Positions 7,443 to 16,207 of a DNA stretch of 64,000 nucleotides are shown here, one piece after another. The position numbers and the translations under genes are program-made. The notes under the pieces are model-generated. The model did no database searches. It worked only from the letters and a program-made list of their open reading frames with translations, and was not told the origin of the DNA. Positions within the stretch are counted from its first letter, which is position 1. Every line of letters starts with the position of its first letter. Source of the stretch: Candidatus Lokiarchaeum ossiferum (lineage in GTDB: Archaea > Asgardarchaeota > Lokiarchaeia > Sigyniarchaeales > Promethearchaeaceae); assembly GCA_025839675.1 (NCBI GenBank), contig CP104013.1:3169121-3233120 (forward strand), read 5' to 3'.

Positions 7443-10019
7443 TCAAGGGGAATGTTCTAGTTGTTGTCCAACCGGTTTCATAAATAAAATAATTGTGATG
7501 ATTTTTTTCGCGAGGATGTATAATTGATAAACTAATTTGGGGGTGAGTTTGGGATGTCTGTTAGAACAATGGGACCAAAGGCGATTAAACAATGATACAT
7601 AGCGATCAAATTGTTCCTTTAAAGCAATTTTAGCACCCCATAGGATTGTTATGTTGGGAATCATGTGATTTAAACAAGTGGCACTAATTTTTTGTCCTGA
7701 AGATTTCTTTTGAAGATAGAAATGAAGTCGGGTTCCCCATATGGATTGCACTAAGGAAAAAGCTTGAAAAAGGTAATGGTGCTGTAAACAATAGGCAAAG
7801 GAATTTTTCAAATGTTTCATAGTATTTTCTTGGAGAAAGCATGGATGATAATAGGGTTGTTGATAAAGGAGCTTTTGATAGTGCCAGAGCCAGAGAGTTC
7901 GAGGATGCAGGATTGGAGGAGGATTGGTGATTGAAACACCTTGGTCCGTAATTTTTTTTGTGAACCCAAGAAATCGATCTGCCGCATTGATCAATAGGAA
8001 ATGACGTTTGGGTAATGTTTGTAGAATTCGAATTTCTTTGGGATCAGTGCTAAAAAGAGTGGGGGATTGTGAGTCATTTAAGTTGAAGAGAATTCTAATT
8101 CCGGGAATCATTTGCACATTTGGAATTAACGACGAAGGATTTTGATCTGCAAAAATCATAGCCAAACCTCGGCTGCGATACTCGGTTAGGATTTCGTGCA
8201 TTAATTGACTCATTTTTTGAGTGGCATTGTTTTCATCCGATTCATGGATCCCTTGGGAATAAGATTTAGAGAAGACACGGTGACATTCATCAATCAGAAG
8301 GACATAATGGAGATGGCCTTTTTGTTCAGGAAGATAGGATTGAATCATATTGAGGATGAGAAATACCAAGAATTTTTTAATAGCTTCACTGCAGGGAGTA
8401 AGGTCTAAGAATATGGATTTTCCTTGGATCCAGTAATTGAACCAGGCGGGGACAAATGTACGATATGCGGTAGTGCGGATAAATTCTTTAGTAAGTAAGC
8501 TATCAATTCGATTTTCGAGCACTCGCAAAATGTTTTTCTGGACATTCGCACCATATTGATGTTTAGCTTCTGTATGATCGGTCACCACCGCATTAAAAAA
8601 GAGCCGGAGCGTAGAAGGAATTTGGCGTTTAGCAACAACGCGTTTTAGAACAGTATGAAAGATCGAATTGTAAGGATCACCCCGCCCAACTCCAGCCACT
8701 AGCATGTCTGCAGCACTTCGAAGGAGTTGTTCCCTATTTGCAACGGGGGAACGATAATTTTCAATATTAAACTCCCGTTTCTCTATGCCCAGAGTTAAAT
8801 AAGGGATCAATAACATTTCATCCCCATAGGTAAACACTTGATCTACTACTCCTTGATATTCATTTACCTGCGTAGATTTTCCAATACCAAGAATTAATTT
8901 TCCAACGTGGGGTTGTTTCGTCGCGAGTTCATCCATTAAAATACGTAGAAAACTACTTTTTCCAAATCCAGGTTTTCCAGCTACAATCATATGGCGTGGG
9001 AGATCATCGATGGGAATTGTAACCGGATTGGAGGTAATTTGGCTATTAGAAACAAAAGTTCCTAGATTTAAACGAGAGGGGATATCTATATGTTCTTCGA
9101 GAAAGATATTTTCGAGGGGATATGCGTAACTGGAGCGAATTTTGAGGTTGGAGGGAAAAGAGAAATCAAAATTTCGTTTAGTAACTTCTAAGGATGATTC
9201 CAATGATGTCAGATCCTTTAATCCATTGATCAGGTCCCAGTAATAATAGCTGACTGAAGTATCCAAAGTGCTGATAGTAGCAAGATTAGTTTTGGGTGAA
9301 TTATGTCTACTTTTCAAGCAAGAATTAAATGAATTTCTTAAGGAATTTAGATTTTGAAGGATTTCATCATAGTGATCTTTTGGGGGAGGATGAGCGAGAA
9401 AATCACACCAAAAAAAGATGCGAATGGAATATTTCTCATCATAGGGATGACTAGTTGTACCAGTTTTTTGAAACAATAAGGCGCAATGAAAATCCGATGT
9501 AGTATTGATGGCCATAGCGACAAAATTTGGAATTAGGGTTAGAGATGTATGAAGAAATAAATGACCTGTAAACTTAAGTTCCCAGATTCGAATGAATTCG
9601 TTAAGGGGTTGAATAGGAATTATGGTGACTTCTCCATCGAGGCCAAGAAGGCTTGTTTTGAGCCGATTGAGGATTATTTTAGAATTTTGTTCTTGGAACG
9701 CTTGGTTGGAAGTATTTGGAACGAAGAGTTTCATGCTTTTTTTGGTGATATCCACGATATATACTTGGCCATCTCCCAAGTAATCTAGTATCCATGGTGA
9801 ATCAGTGGAAGATTGGTTGATAGATTTTGCAGAATGGAATTTTTCTTCTGATTCAGAGGCAGATAATGGTTTGGTAACAATATTAATTACAAAATGAGTT
9901 GGAAGAGCAGAGGAATCCTGAGAATTGGGACAGGAAGAACCTGATAGAGTTTTTATCACCATGTTTATCGCCAAATGGGTGCTGAGAAGGACAAAAGAAG
10001 ATCCCTGAGTCCGAATCAC
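7443..10019 (-). CDS. FtsK/HerA-superfamily P-loop ATPase (DUF87 / VirB4-TrbE-like), 858 aa
   Basis: Walker A is HMIVAGKPGFGKSSFL and a DExH-type Walker B is HYVLLIDECHRVF. There is no obvious TM segment. Composition is GC-richer than the host genes. It lies immediately upstream of the giant ORF on the same strand. Confidence 0.6.
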   Translation of the reverse strand: MIRTQGSSFVLLSTHLAINMVIKTLSGSSCPNSQDSSALPTHFVINIVTKPLSASESEEKFHSAKSINQSSTDSPWILDYLGDGQVYIVDITKKSMKLFVPNTSNQAFQEQNSKIILNRLKTSLLGLDGEVTIIPIQPLNEFIRIWELKFTGHLFLHTSLTLIPNFVAMAINTTSDFHCALLFQKTGTTSHPYDEKYSIRIFFWCDFLAHPPPKDHYDEILQNLNSLRNSFNSCLKSRHNSPKTNLATISTLDTSVSYYYWDLINGLKDLTSLESSLEVTKRNFDFSFPSNLKIRSSYAYPLENIFLEEHIDIPSRLNLGTFVSNSQITSNPVTIPIDDLPRHMIVAGKPGFGKSSFLRILMDELATKQPHVGKLILGIGKSTQVNEYQGVVDQVFTYGDEMLLIPYLTLGIEKREFNIENYRSPVANREQLLRSAADMLVAGVGRGDPYNSIFHTVLKRVVAKRQIPSTLRLFFNAVVTDHTEAKHQYGANVQKNILRVLENRIDSLLTKEFIRTTAYRTFVPAWFNYWIQGKSIFLDLTPCSEAIKKFLVFLILNMIQSYLPEQKGHLHYVLLIDECHRVFSKSYSQGIHESDENNATQKMSQLMHEILTEYRSRGLAMIFADQNPSSLIPNVQMIPGIRILFNLNDSQSPTLFSTDPKEIRILQTLPKRHFLLINAADRFLGFTKKITDQGVSITNPPPILHPRTLWLWHYQKLLYQQPYYHPCFLQENTMKHLKNSFAYCLQHHYLFQAFSLVQSIWGTRLHFYLQKKSSGQKISATCLNHMIPNITILWGAKIALKEQFDRYVSLFNRLWSHCSNRHPKLTPKLVYQLYILAKKIITIILFMKPVGQQLEHSP

Positions 10020-10084
10020 CCTCTACAAGTATATAATTTAGATCTTTATAAAATCAAAAAGATGCAGAAGGAAGAAGATAAATG

Positions 10085-10339
10085 TTATTTGGAGGAAAAA
10101 AGGCACCCAGCAACAAGTAAAATTATGATGAGAAGGTCATAAGGTCCAAAAAAGGGGATTGATCGAGTAATCCAAACAAATTTAGAATTAAAATATAAAA
10201 TACCTATAATAATAACAAAGATAGTGACAATTTTTCCAAGATCAAGTCCCCTTCTCATAAAATCTATTCCATCATATATATTTAAAATCGAAGAATGAAT
10301 GATGGATTCTGATTTAAGAAATATCTGGAAAAAAAACAA
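10085..10339 (-). CDS. Small membrane protein (84 aa), hypothetical
   Basis: The ORF has a hydrophobic C-terminal half (IVTIFVIIIGILYF...LLIIILLVAGCLF). A degenerate paralogous copy lies at ~11590-11790. Confidence 0.35.
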   Translation of the reverse strand: MFFFQIFLKSESIIHSSILNIYDGIDFMRRGLDLGKIVTIFVIIIGILYFNSKFVWITRSIPFFGPYDLLIIILLVAGCLFSSK

Positions 10340-10450
10340 AAGGCAATATAAAAAAAGGCATTGGAAATAATTTTGTAATATTTGTTAATACTACAATATA
10401 AGATATTATAATGTTATTAAGTATAATGCAAGGAGAAGAGTATAATAATA

Positions 10451-10597
10451 ATGAAAAAAAAACAAATTACAATCAGCTTGGATGAGGATGTCATAAAAAA
10501 AATGGAAGAAGTGAGAAAGATAACCGGACTCCCAATCAGTACCCAAATAGAACTCAAATTGAAAGGATATATTGTGAAGAAAGAAATAGATGAATAA
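10451..10597 (+). CDS. Small ribbon-helix-helix (CopG-like) DNA-binding protein, 48 aa
   Basis: ATG at 10451. The translation is MKKKQITISLDEDVIKKMEEVRKITGLPISTQIELKLKGYIVKKEIDE. It is below the 60-aa ORF-track cutoff. A paralog lies at 11237..11398. Confidence 0.5.
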   Translation: MKKKQITISLDEDVIKKMEEVRKITGLPISTQIELKLKGYIVKKEIDE

Positions 10598-10598
10598 A

Positions 10599-11054
10599 TT
10601 AATAGCCAAATAATTTCCTTGAAATAAAATTTCGTTTTTGATATATTTCAAAATTGTGAATAATTTCATCCATTTCTTTTTCAATTCGTTTTACCCAACC
10701 TTCATTGGATTCTAACTTCTTTTTTTTGGGGATATGAGTTAGTTTTTTGAGATTGGAATCGAAATTTCCTTTATTTCGGAAATTTATCGCATCATTTTTT
10801 ACCAGTAAATCTAAAAGATATTGTACACTTGACATCATATCCTCACAGAAATTAAAATCAGGAATTATGGAAGCTTTCATTAGGACATATTCTCGATGTT
10901 TCCAAACGTTGATTATTATTTTCAATTGTCCAAAAATATCTTGAATATTTTCATTGTTTGCTTCTTGTTTTTTGAAAACCCGATCAATTACTTTTTTGAT
11001 TATATACGGGATTATAATAGTGATTAATCCCAAAATATAAGAAAGCAAGTCCAT
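10599..11054 (-). CDS. Hypothetical protein with N-terminal TM helix (151 aa)
   Basis: ORF with the N-terminus LSYILGLITIIIPYII. It is convergent with the small RHH gene. Confidence 0.4.
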   Translation of the reverse strand: MDLLSYILGLITIIIPYIIKKVIDRVFKKQEANNENIQDIFGQLKIIINVWKHREYVLMKASIIPDFNFCEDMMSSVQYLLDLLVKNDAINFRNKGNFDSNLKKLTHIPKKKKLESNEGWVKRIEKEMDEIIHNFEIYQKRNFISRKLFGY

Positions 11055-11236
11055 TTGATCTAGTAAGAAAACTTATAGTATATAAACTTTTAAGATAAAA
11101 CATTTTATTATAATTTAATCTCTTATGTTGCCTTAGAAACTATTATAATATAGGTAATTATAAGGATTTTTAAATACACACACGTATAGTATATTGGAGA
11201 AAACAATTTGATCTTTTCTTCAATTAGATAATGTGA

Positions 11237-11398
11237 TGGCAATGACAAAAAAACAAGTCACTATAACTCTAGATCATTCTATTGTACACGAAATGGAGCA
11301 GATTCGGGAGGATACAGGTCTCCCAATTAGTACACAAATAGAATTGAAGATGAAAGGATATATTGTCAGAAAAGAACATGAACCAATTGCAAACTAAA
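11237..11398 (+). CDS. Small ribbon-helix-helix (CopG-like) DNA-binding protein, 53 aa (paralog of 10451..10597)
   Basis: The translation is MAMTKKQVTITLDHSIVHEMEQIREDTGLPISTQIELKMKGYIVRKEHEPIAN. The two genes appear to be roughly three-quarters identical at DNA level (estimated by eye). Confidence 0.5.
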
Positions 11399-11589
11399 TT
11401 TTAGGAGGTTTTTTTTTACCAAGCTGTTTTTTTTTCTATATTTTGTTGAGATTACTCAAAAAACTTGGAAGTAATAATATTTAAATTGTTTGTGGGAATA
11501 TGATGGGAATCGAAATCATTTTTTCATTAATGCAGATAAGAATTATAATTTGACCCTACTTGATTGCTAATTCAAATTTCAAGATATTC

Positions 11590-11790
11590 TAGATTTCCTA
11601 GGAATACTGATGGCGAATCTATTTTGAAAAAGATAGTGACAATTTTACCAAAATCAAGTCTCCTTCCCATGAAATATCTTTTTTCCAGATTATTTAAAAC
11701 CGAAAGAGGATGGATTGAGTAAAAAGCAAAAAAAACTAGAACTAAAATTTTTTGCGAACGAAAAGAAAAAATGTAAGAAGATAATCCTAA
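11590..11790 (-). pseudogene. Degenerate, frameshifted copy of the 84-aa membrane-protein gene (10085..10339)
   Basis: DNA at 11631-11680 (aagatagtgacaattttaccaaaatcaagtctccttcc) nearly repeats 10213-10262. The translation is split into MFRIIFLHFFF...stop and a second frame MGRRLDFGKIVTIFF... Confidence 0.4.
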
Positions 11791-11793
11791 ACA

Positions 11794-12603
11794 TTAGATA
11801 CGGAACTTTTCTCGAAGTAGATTTGATGGTTTAGCATATTGATAGGGTCCACAAATTTTTTTGGTGGAGATGGCCGTTGTGGGGCAATGATTGTAACAGA
11901 ACCAACACCCGAAACATTTTTCCTCATCAAATTGGGGGTTTGGGGATAAAGTAATTGCTCCATAGGGACAACCTTTTTCACAGATACCACATTTGGTGCA
12001 TTTTTCAAGATCAACATATTTTTCACCCATATCTTTCTTTGCGGTTTCGGTCGACAACCGGAGAATTTTGCTGAGAATGGTAGTTATTAAATTTGTTCTA
12101 ACTTTCGCTGCTGGAAAATTTTCCATTGTTGGATGGGTGGATAATATTAACTTCAATTCGGAAATAAAGGCGTCAAATTTGGTTAATTCCTGCGAATTTG
12201 GAGAATTTTCATAACTTTGACCTCGTTTTATCATTGGAGGGTAATTTTCAGGGAGGTGTAAGGCAAAACTGGCAATCGTACGGAACCCTCGCTTTTTTAT
12301 GGCTTTTGCCAGTGATTTCAAAGTATTTCCTGAAGTGAATCCATGAGTGCTAAGAATGAAAGCAGGTTTATTTGATTGTTCAGCAATATTTTCCACAAAT
12401 TGCATGACTAAATGCGAGGGGAGCCAAAAATTAGTAAAAGTTGCAAATCCAATTATTTTGAAATTATCAAGATCAGGAATAGTATCATATTTTGCCATGT
12501 TAAAAAGTTCGAAGTCAATTTTTGAATTTAATTTGTGGACAAGATAGTTACAAGCAAGTTTAGTGTTACCAGATCCCGAATAATAGAAGATTATCCCTCT
12601 CAT
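11794..12603 (-). CDS. Flavodoxin-like domain fused to 2x[4Fe-4S] ferredoxin domain protein
   Basis: The N-terminus MRGIIFYYSGSGNT is a flavodoxin fold signature. The C-terminus has two clusters, CTKCGICEKGCP and CFGCWFCYNHCP. Confidence 0.6.
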   Translation of the reverse strand: MRGIIFYYSGSGNTKLACNYLVHKLNSKIDFELFNMAKYDTIPDLDNFKIIGFATFTNFWLPSHLVMQFVENIAEQSNKPAFILSTHGFTSGNTLKSLAKAIKKRGFRTIASFALHLPENYPPMIKRGQSYENSPNSQELTKFDAFISELKLILSTHPTMENFPAAKVRTNLITTILSKILRLSTETAKKDMGEKYVDLEKCTKCGICEKGCPYGAITLSPNPQFDEEKCFGCWFCYNHCPTTAISTKKICGPYQYAKPSNLLREKFRI

Positions 12604-12725
12604 TTTTTATCCTAATAACCACATTTGCATAATATCATTAAAAATTTTTGCTTAGGGGTATAATGGACTATTGAACCTCGAGTGCTACTGGAAAATAGGT
12701 AGTAAAAAAAGCATCAATGGTCGGA

Positions 12726-13736
12726 TTATTGATATCGCGATTGGCTGATAACATTGACCGTGCGAATAAATTTCTCAGATAACTCGTCGTTTCCGATAAT
12801 GGTCAAAAGAGAATCAACGATATTACGATCTTCACAGAGAACGGGAATGGCACCGTAGGTTAAGGGAAAAAGTGAAACGAAAGAGATCGGTATTACTATT
12901 TCGCTACCAGTATCAGAATCCGCAAATTTCAACTTTCCACTCGGATTACATAAGATACCAAAGAAATTATCTGGATCAAGACCAGAAACGCAAAGATATG
13001 ACACGATTCCGCCAATATTTAATGTATCAGCTTCTTCAACCATTTTTTGAAATCCAACATTAGCGTTTGCACTGAACGCTTCAACTGTGATGCTAAAATT
13101 CGCAGTGCTAACGGCCCGTGCATCAATATTTAATCCACTGGAGTTGACCAAACCATAATAATAGAAAACTGGATTTTGAATAGAATCTAGAATAGTGCTG
13201 ATATTCTGAACAAGTTCCAATTCTTGATAATTTTCTGAAAAATAAGCACCTTTAGCGATATCAGACCCCATTCCACATAGATAGATAGCACTTCGGACAT
13301 TATTGCTAAAGAGTTCAACTTCTTGATCTGTGATTTTACCAGAACCAAAATTATCATCAATTTCCTTCCGGAGATGATAAATACTCGATCCAATATTATC
13401 AGCATTCAAGGGCCACTCCTGGTTATGATCGTGAACAATAGTCAAAAGCGTTTGTTGGATTCGAATGGTGATTAAACAAATCTTTTCAAAAAATGAAAAA
13501 GCAATTATTTGGTCTCGAATTCCTAAATCATTCCAATTTTCTTCACTCGAAGAGAACGCAGCAGATGATATACTTGTAATTGCATTACTATCGAGTTTAA
13601 GGTCAGTGTTTCTTCCTGTTTTAGCAATGGATAGTCCATTTTCATCACTTAAAAGAGCCATAATTGTTGCTTTAGATGACCGTAAAATTGAAGAGAGATG
13701 TTTTACCAGATTTTCCCGAACGCTCATGATTTTCAA
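12726..13736 (-). CDS. Roadblock/LC7 (MglB-like) domain protein, probably multi-domain
   Basis: The N-terminal ~110 aa (NLVKHLSSIL...ATIMALLSDENGLSIAKTG...AITSISSAAF) follow the roadblock pattern. The C-terminal part is alanine/serine-rich with similar periodicity. Confidence 0.45.
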   Translation of the reverse strand: MKIMSVRENLVKHLSSILRSSKATIMALLSDENGLSIAKTGRNTDLKLDSNAITSISSAAFSSSEENWNDLGIRDQIIAFSFFEKICLITIRIQQTLLTIVHDHNQEWPLNADNIGSSIYHLRKEIDDNFGSGKITDQEVELFSNNVRSAIYLCGMGSDIAKGAYFSENYQELELVQNISTILDSIQNPVFYYYGLVNSSGLNIDARAVSTANFSITVEAFSANANVGFQKMVEEADTLNIGGIVSYLCVSGLDPDNFFGILCNPSGKLKFADSDTGSEIVIPISFVSLFPLTYGAIPVLCEDRNIVDSLLTIIGNDELSEKFIRTVNVISQSRYQ

Positions 13737-13901
13737 CTAATCTATAGATAATTAATATTGTATTGCGCGACCTTATTATTATTTCTATTGGCAGAAGTGA
13801 ATTTCTTTCAACAAAAAAAAAAGGGAAATGAAGCGAGGGGAGGGGTTTCTGTTTATGATGAAAAAAGAGAACAAGAAAATAATAAGAATCTAGGAAAAAA
13901 G

Positions 13902-13986
13902 TGCGGGGAGAGGGCTTCGAACCCTCGCGCCTCTACAGGACTGGATCCTAAGTCCAGCATCGTGGACCAGACTTGATTATCCCCGC
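13902..13986 (-). tRNA. tRNA-Leu (anticodon TAG), long variable arm, CCA not encoded
   Basis: The reverse complement reads GCGGGGATAATCAAG...CTGGA-CTTAGGA-TCCAG...GGTTCGAAGCCC...TCTCCCCGCA. Anticodon loop is CTTAGGA. The extended variable arm is typical of class II tRNAs. Confidence 0.85.
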
Positions 13987-14069
13987 AATCATGAAATTAC
14001 AAAAAAACCAAATTTCTAAATAAATGGAGTTTTACAAATAATATAAAAATTCTGATAGGATTCATTTCA

Positions 14070-14519
14070 ATGACTGAGAACCAAATAAAACTATATGGAG
14101 TGCATTTAAACCAAGATGATCCAAAAAAAAATACGGTATTGAAATTAGCAAAATATAAATTAGTTACTATAAGGAAGAAGATTTATCATTGTCCTCGAAA
14201 GGCAATAATTTTAGATCCTTTTTCTCCGATTCAATTTTCATTAAAAGACCGAGATATGGTGGCGAAATATGGAATAATTGTTATAGATTGTTCGTGGGAA
14301 CAGACGGAATCGATTTTCAAACAAAATTTTCAATTTGGAAGAAGTTTGCCTCATTTATTGGCAGCAAATACGGTCAATTATGGAAAATGGGATCGTCTTA
14401 GCTCTGCTGAAGCATTAGCTGCGGCGATGTATCTTTCAGGGTTTCAAGATCAGGCAAAATTCACATTATCAAAATTTTCTTGGGGGAGCGAATTTTTCAA
14501 AATAAATAATTTTCAATAA
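14070..14519 (+). CDS. Probable Tsr3-like (DUF367) rRNA aminocarboxypropyltransferase
   Basis: The motifs IVIDCSWEQ and LLAANTVNYGKWDRLSSAEALAAAMYLSGF resemble the DUF367/Tsr3 signature as I remember it. I did not verify this by search. Confidence 0.45.
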   Translation: MTENQIKLYGVHLNQDDPKKNTVLKLAKYKLVTIRKKIYHCPRKAIILDPFSPIQFSLKDRDMVAKYGIIVIDCSWEQTESIFKQNFQFGRSLPHLLAANTVNYGKWDRLSSAEALAAAMYLSGFQDQAKFTLSKFSWGSEFFKINNFQ

Positions 14520-14551
14520 ACAAAAACAAAAAACGGAAATAAAAAAAGGAA

Positions 14552-16150
14552 CTACTTTTTACCTGAAGATCGTATGTAATCATCAATACGAATAAATATT
14601 ATTGCTAATTCCGTTGCAAGAGAAAAAATCTGCTTTTTTATTATCATCGGTTCAATAATGCCGTGATCGACTGCATTAATTATTTCTCCTGTATAAGCAT
14701 CATAACCCATATATTGATTTTTGCCGTAATTAGTTTGAGATCTAAGTGTAGTAATAATATCCAAGGGATCTTTTCCAGAATTTTCCACAATTATCTTGGG
14801 AATAATCTCTAAGGAATCGGCAAATTGTTCAATAGCAATTTGTTCTTTTCCTCCAATTTTTTCACCATAAATAAGAATTCGTTTTCGTAACTCAATTTCT
14901 ATTGATCCTGCACCACCAACTATTTTGGGTGTTTCGATTAAACTCTTCAATACAGAAAGACCATTTTTGATTGCACGTTCTGCATCATCAACAATAAGTT
15001 CAGTTCCCCCGCGAATTAAAAGAGTAACCGACTTGGCTTTATTACATCCTTCAATAAAGATCATATTATCCTGCCCGATTTTCTGCTCTGAAATCATCTG
15101 AGCATCCCCTAAATCATCCATGGTGATATTTTTAATTTGTGTAATTATCTTAGCTCCGGATGCACGGGCAATTTTTTTCATATCAGACTGTTTTATCCTT
15201 CGAACCGCAATAATACCACTTTTTGCAAGATAATGTTGAGCCATTTCATCTATTCCTTTTTGACAAAAAACAGCGGTTGCACCAGCATCTGAAATAGAAT
15301 CGACGAGGTCTTTTAGCATAGATTCTTCTTTTTTTAGATATCCATCAATTTCTTCAGGAGAAGTAATCTGAATTTCGGAACTGAAATCGGTTTTAACAAT
15401 CTCTAAAGCACCATCAATCAAGGCAATTTTAGCATTTTTTACGAGTTTAGGCATCATAGGGTTCACAATTTCTTTATCTACGATGATCCCTTCTATCATT
15501 TGGGAATTTATCAATCCTTCTCCTTCTTTTTTCACGATTTGAATATTATCCAAATCAATATAGGATTGATCGCCCCGAGTTTCTCGAATGTGGTCAATAG
15601 CATCAGCAATCATATTTGCAAATTCTATTTTTGAATCTTCCATAGATTTACTATTTAATGCTGTTATAGCTGCTTTTTGGAGGATGTTCTTATCAGATGT
15701 ATTAACTGTAATTGAAATTTGGTCTAAAATATTCTTAGTTTCGTTGATAGCGTGAATGAAACCTTCATATATCAATGTTGGGGAAAGCTCCATTTCGATC
15801 ATTTCTTGAACTCTAGCCATGAGATCACCAATAAATATTACCGCTGAACTGGCTCCATCCCCTGTATTTTTGTGTATGGTTTTAGATAAATCTACAATCA
15901 TTTTGGCCGCTGGATTTTCTACACCCAATTCTTCCAAAATCTTAGCACCATCACCTGTCACAGTGACATCTCCGAGAGTATCGACCAACATTTTGTTTAA
16001 TCCTTTTGGACCAAGAGTAGTCCTAATTGATTCCGCAATGGCTTTAATTGCTTCGATATTTGTAATTAATGCACTTTTTCCCTTAATTTGTTGTGAACCC
16101 TCACGTAATATCATTACTGGATTTCCTGATAAATTTGACATTTGAATCAC
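14552..16150 (-). CDS. ths: Thermosome subunit (group II chaperonin)
   Basis: 532 aa. Motifs include GPKGLNKML, VTVTGDGAKIL and VDDAERAIKNGLSV, with the typical equatorial/apical organisation. Confidence 0.9.
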   Translation of the reverse strand: MIQMSNLSGNPVMILREGSQQIKGKSALITNIEAIKAIAESIRTTLGPKGLNKMLVDTLGDVTVTGDGAKILEELGVENPAAKMIVDLSKTIHKNTGDGASSAVIFIGDLMARVQEMIEMELSPTLIYEGFIHAINETKNILDQISITVNTSDKNILQKAAITALNSKSMEDSKIEFANMIADAIDHIRETRGDQSYIDLDNIQIVKKEGEGLINSQMIEGIIVDKEIVNPMMPKLVKNAKIALIDGALEIVKTDFSSEIQITSPEEIDGYLKKEESMLKDLVDSISDAGATAVFCQKGIDEMAQHYLAKSGIIAVRRIKQSDMKKIARASGAKIITQIKNITMDDLGDAQMISEQKIGQDNMIFIEGCNKAKSVTLLIRGGTELIVDDAERAIKNGLSVLKSLIETPKIVGGAGSIEIELRKRILIYGEKIGGKEQIAIEQFADSLEIIPKIIVENSGKDPLDIITTLRSQTNYGKNQYMGYDAYTGEIINAVDHGIIEPMIIKKQIFSLATELAIIFIRIDDYIRSSGKK

Positions 16151-16207
16151 TTTTTTTTTTAATTAGGAAGTCTAAGTCACTAAAAATTTTAAAATTTTTC
16201 AATAATT

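Noticed and set aside
2628-7527. Many short ORFs on both strands overlapping the giant 1971..7427 ORF (for example 2628..2843, 3115..3342, 4154..4528, 4333..4599, 7251..7460, 7270..7527)
   Set aside because: They are antisense or alternative-frame artefacts of a long, repeat-rich, GC-shifted coding region. The S/F-rich translations mirror the acidic repeats.
10020-10084. An obvious attachment-site direct repeat at the island boundary
   Set aside because: I could not find an exact repeat of the tRNA 3' ends here by eye. Integration at the tRNA cluster remains a hypothesis only.
13758-13976. 72-aa ORF overlapping tRNA-Leu
   Set aside because: It overlaps a confidently folded tRNA on the opposite strand and an A-rich intergenic tract, so I treat it as spurious.
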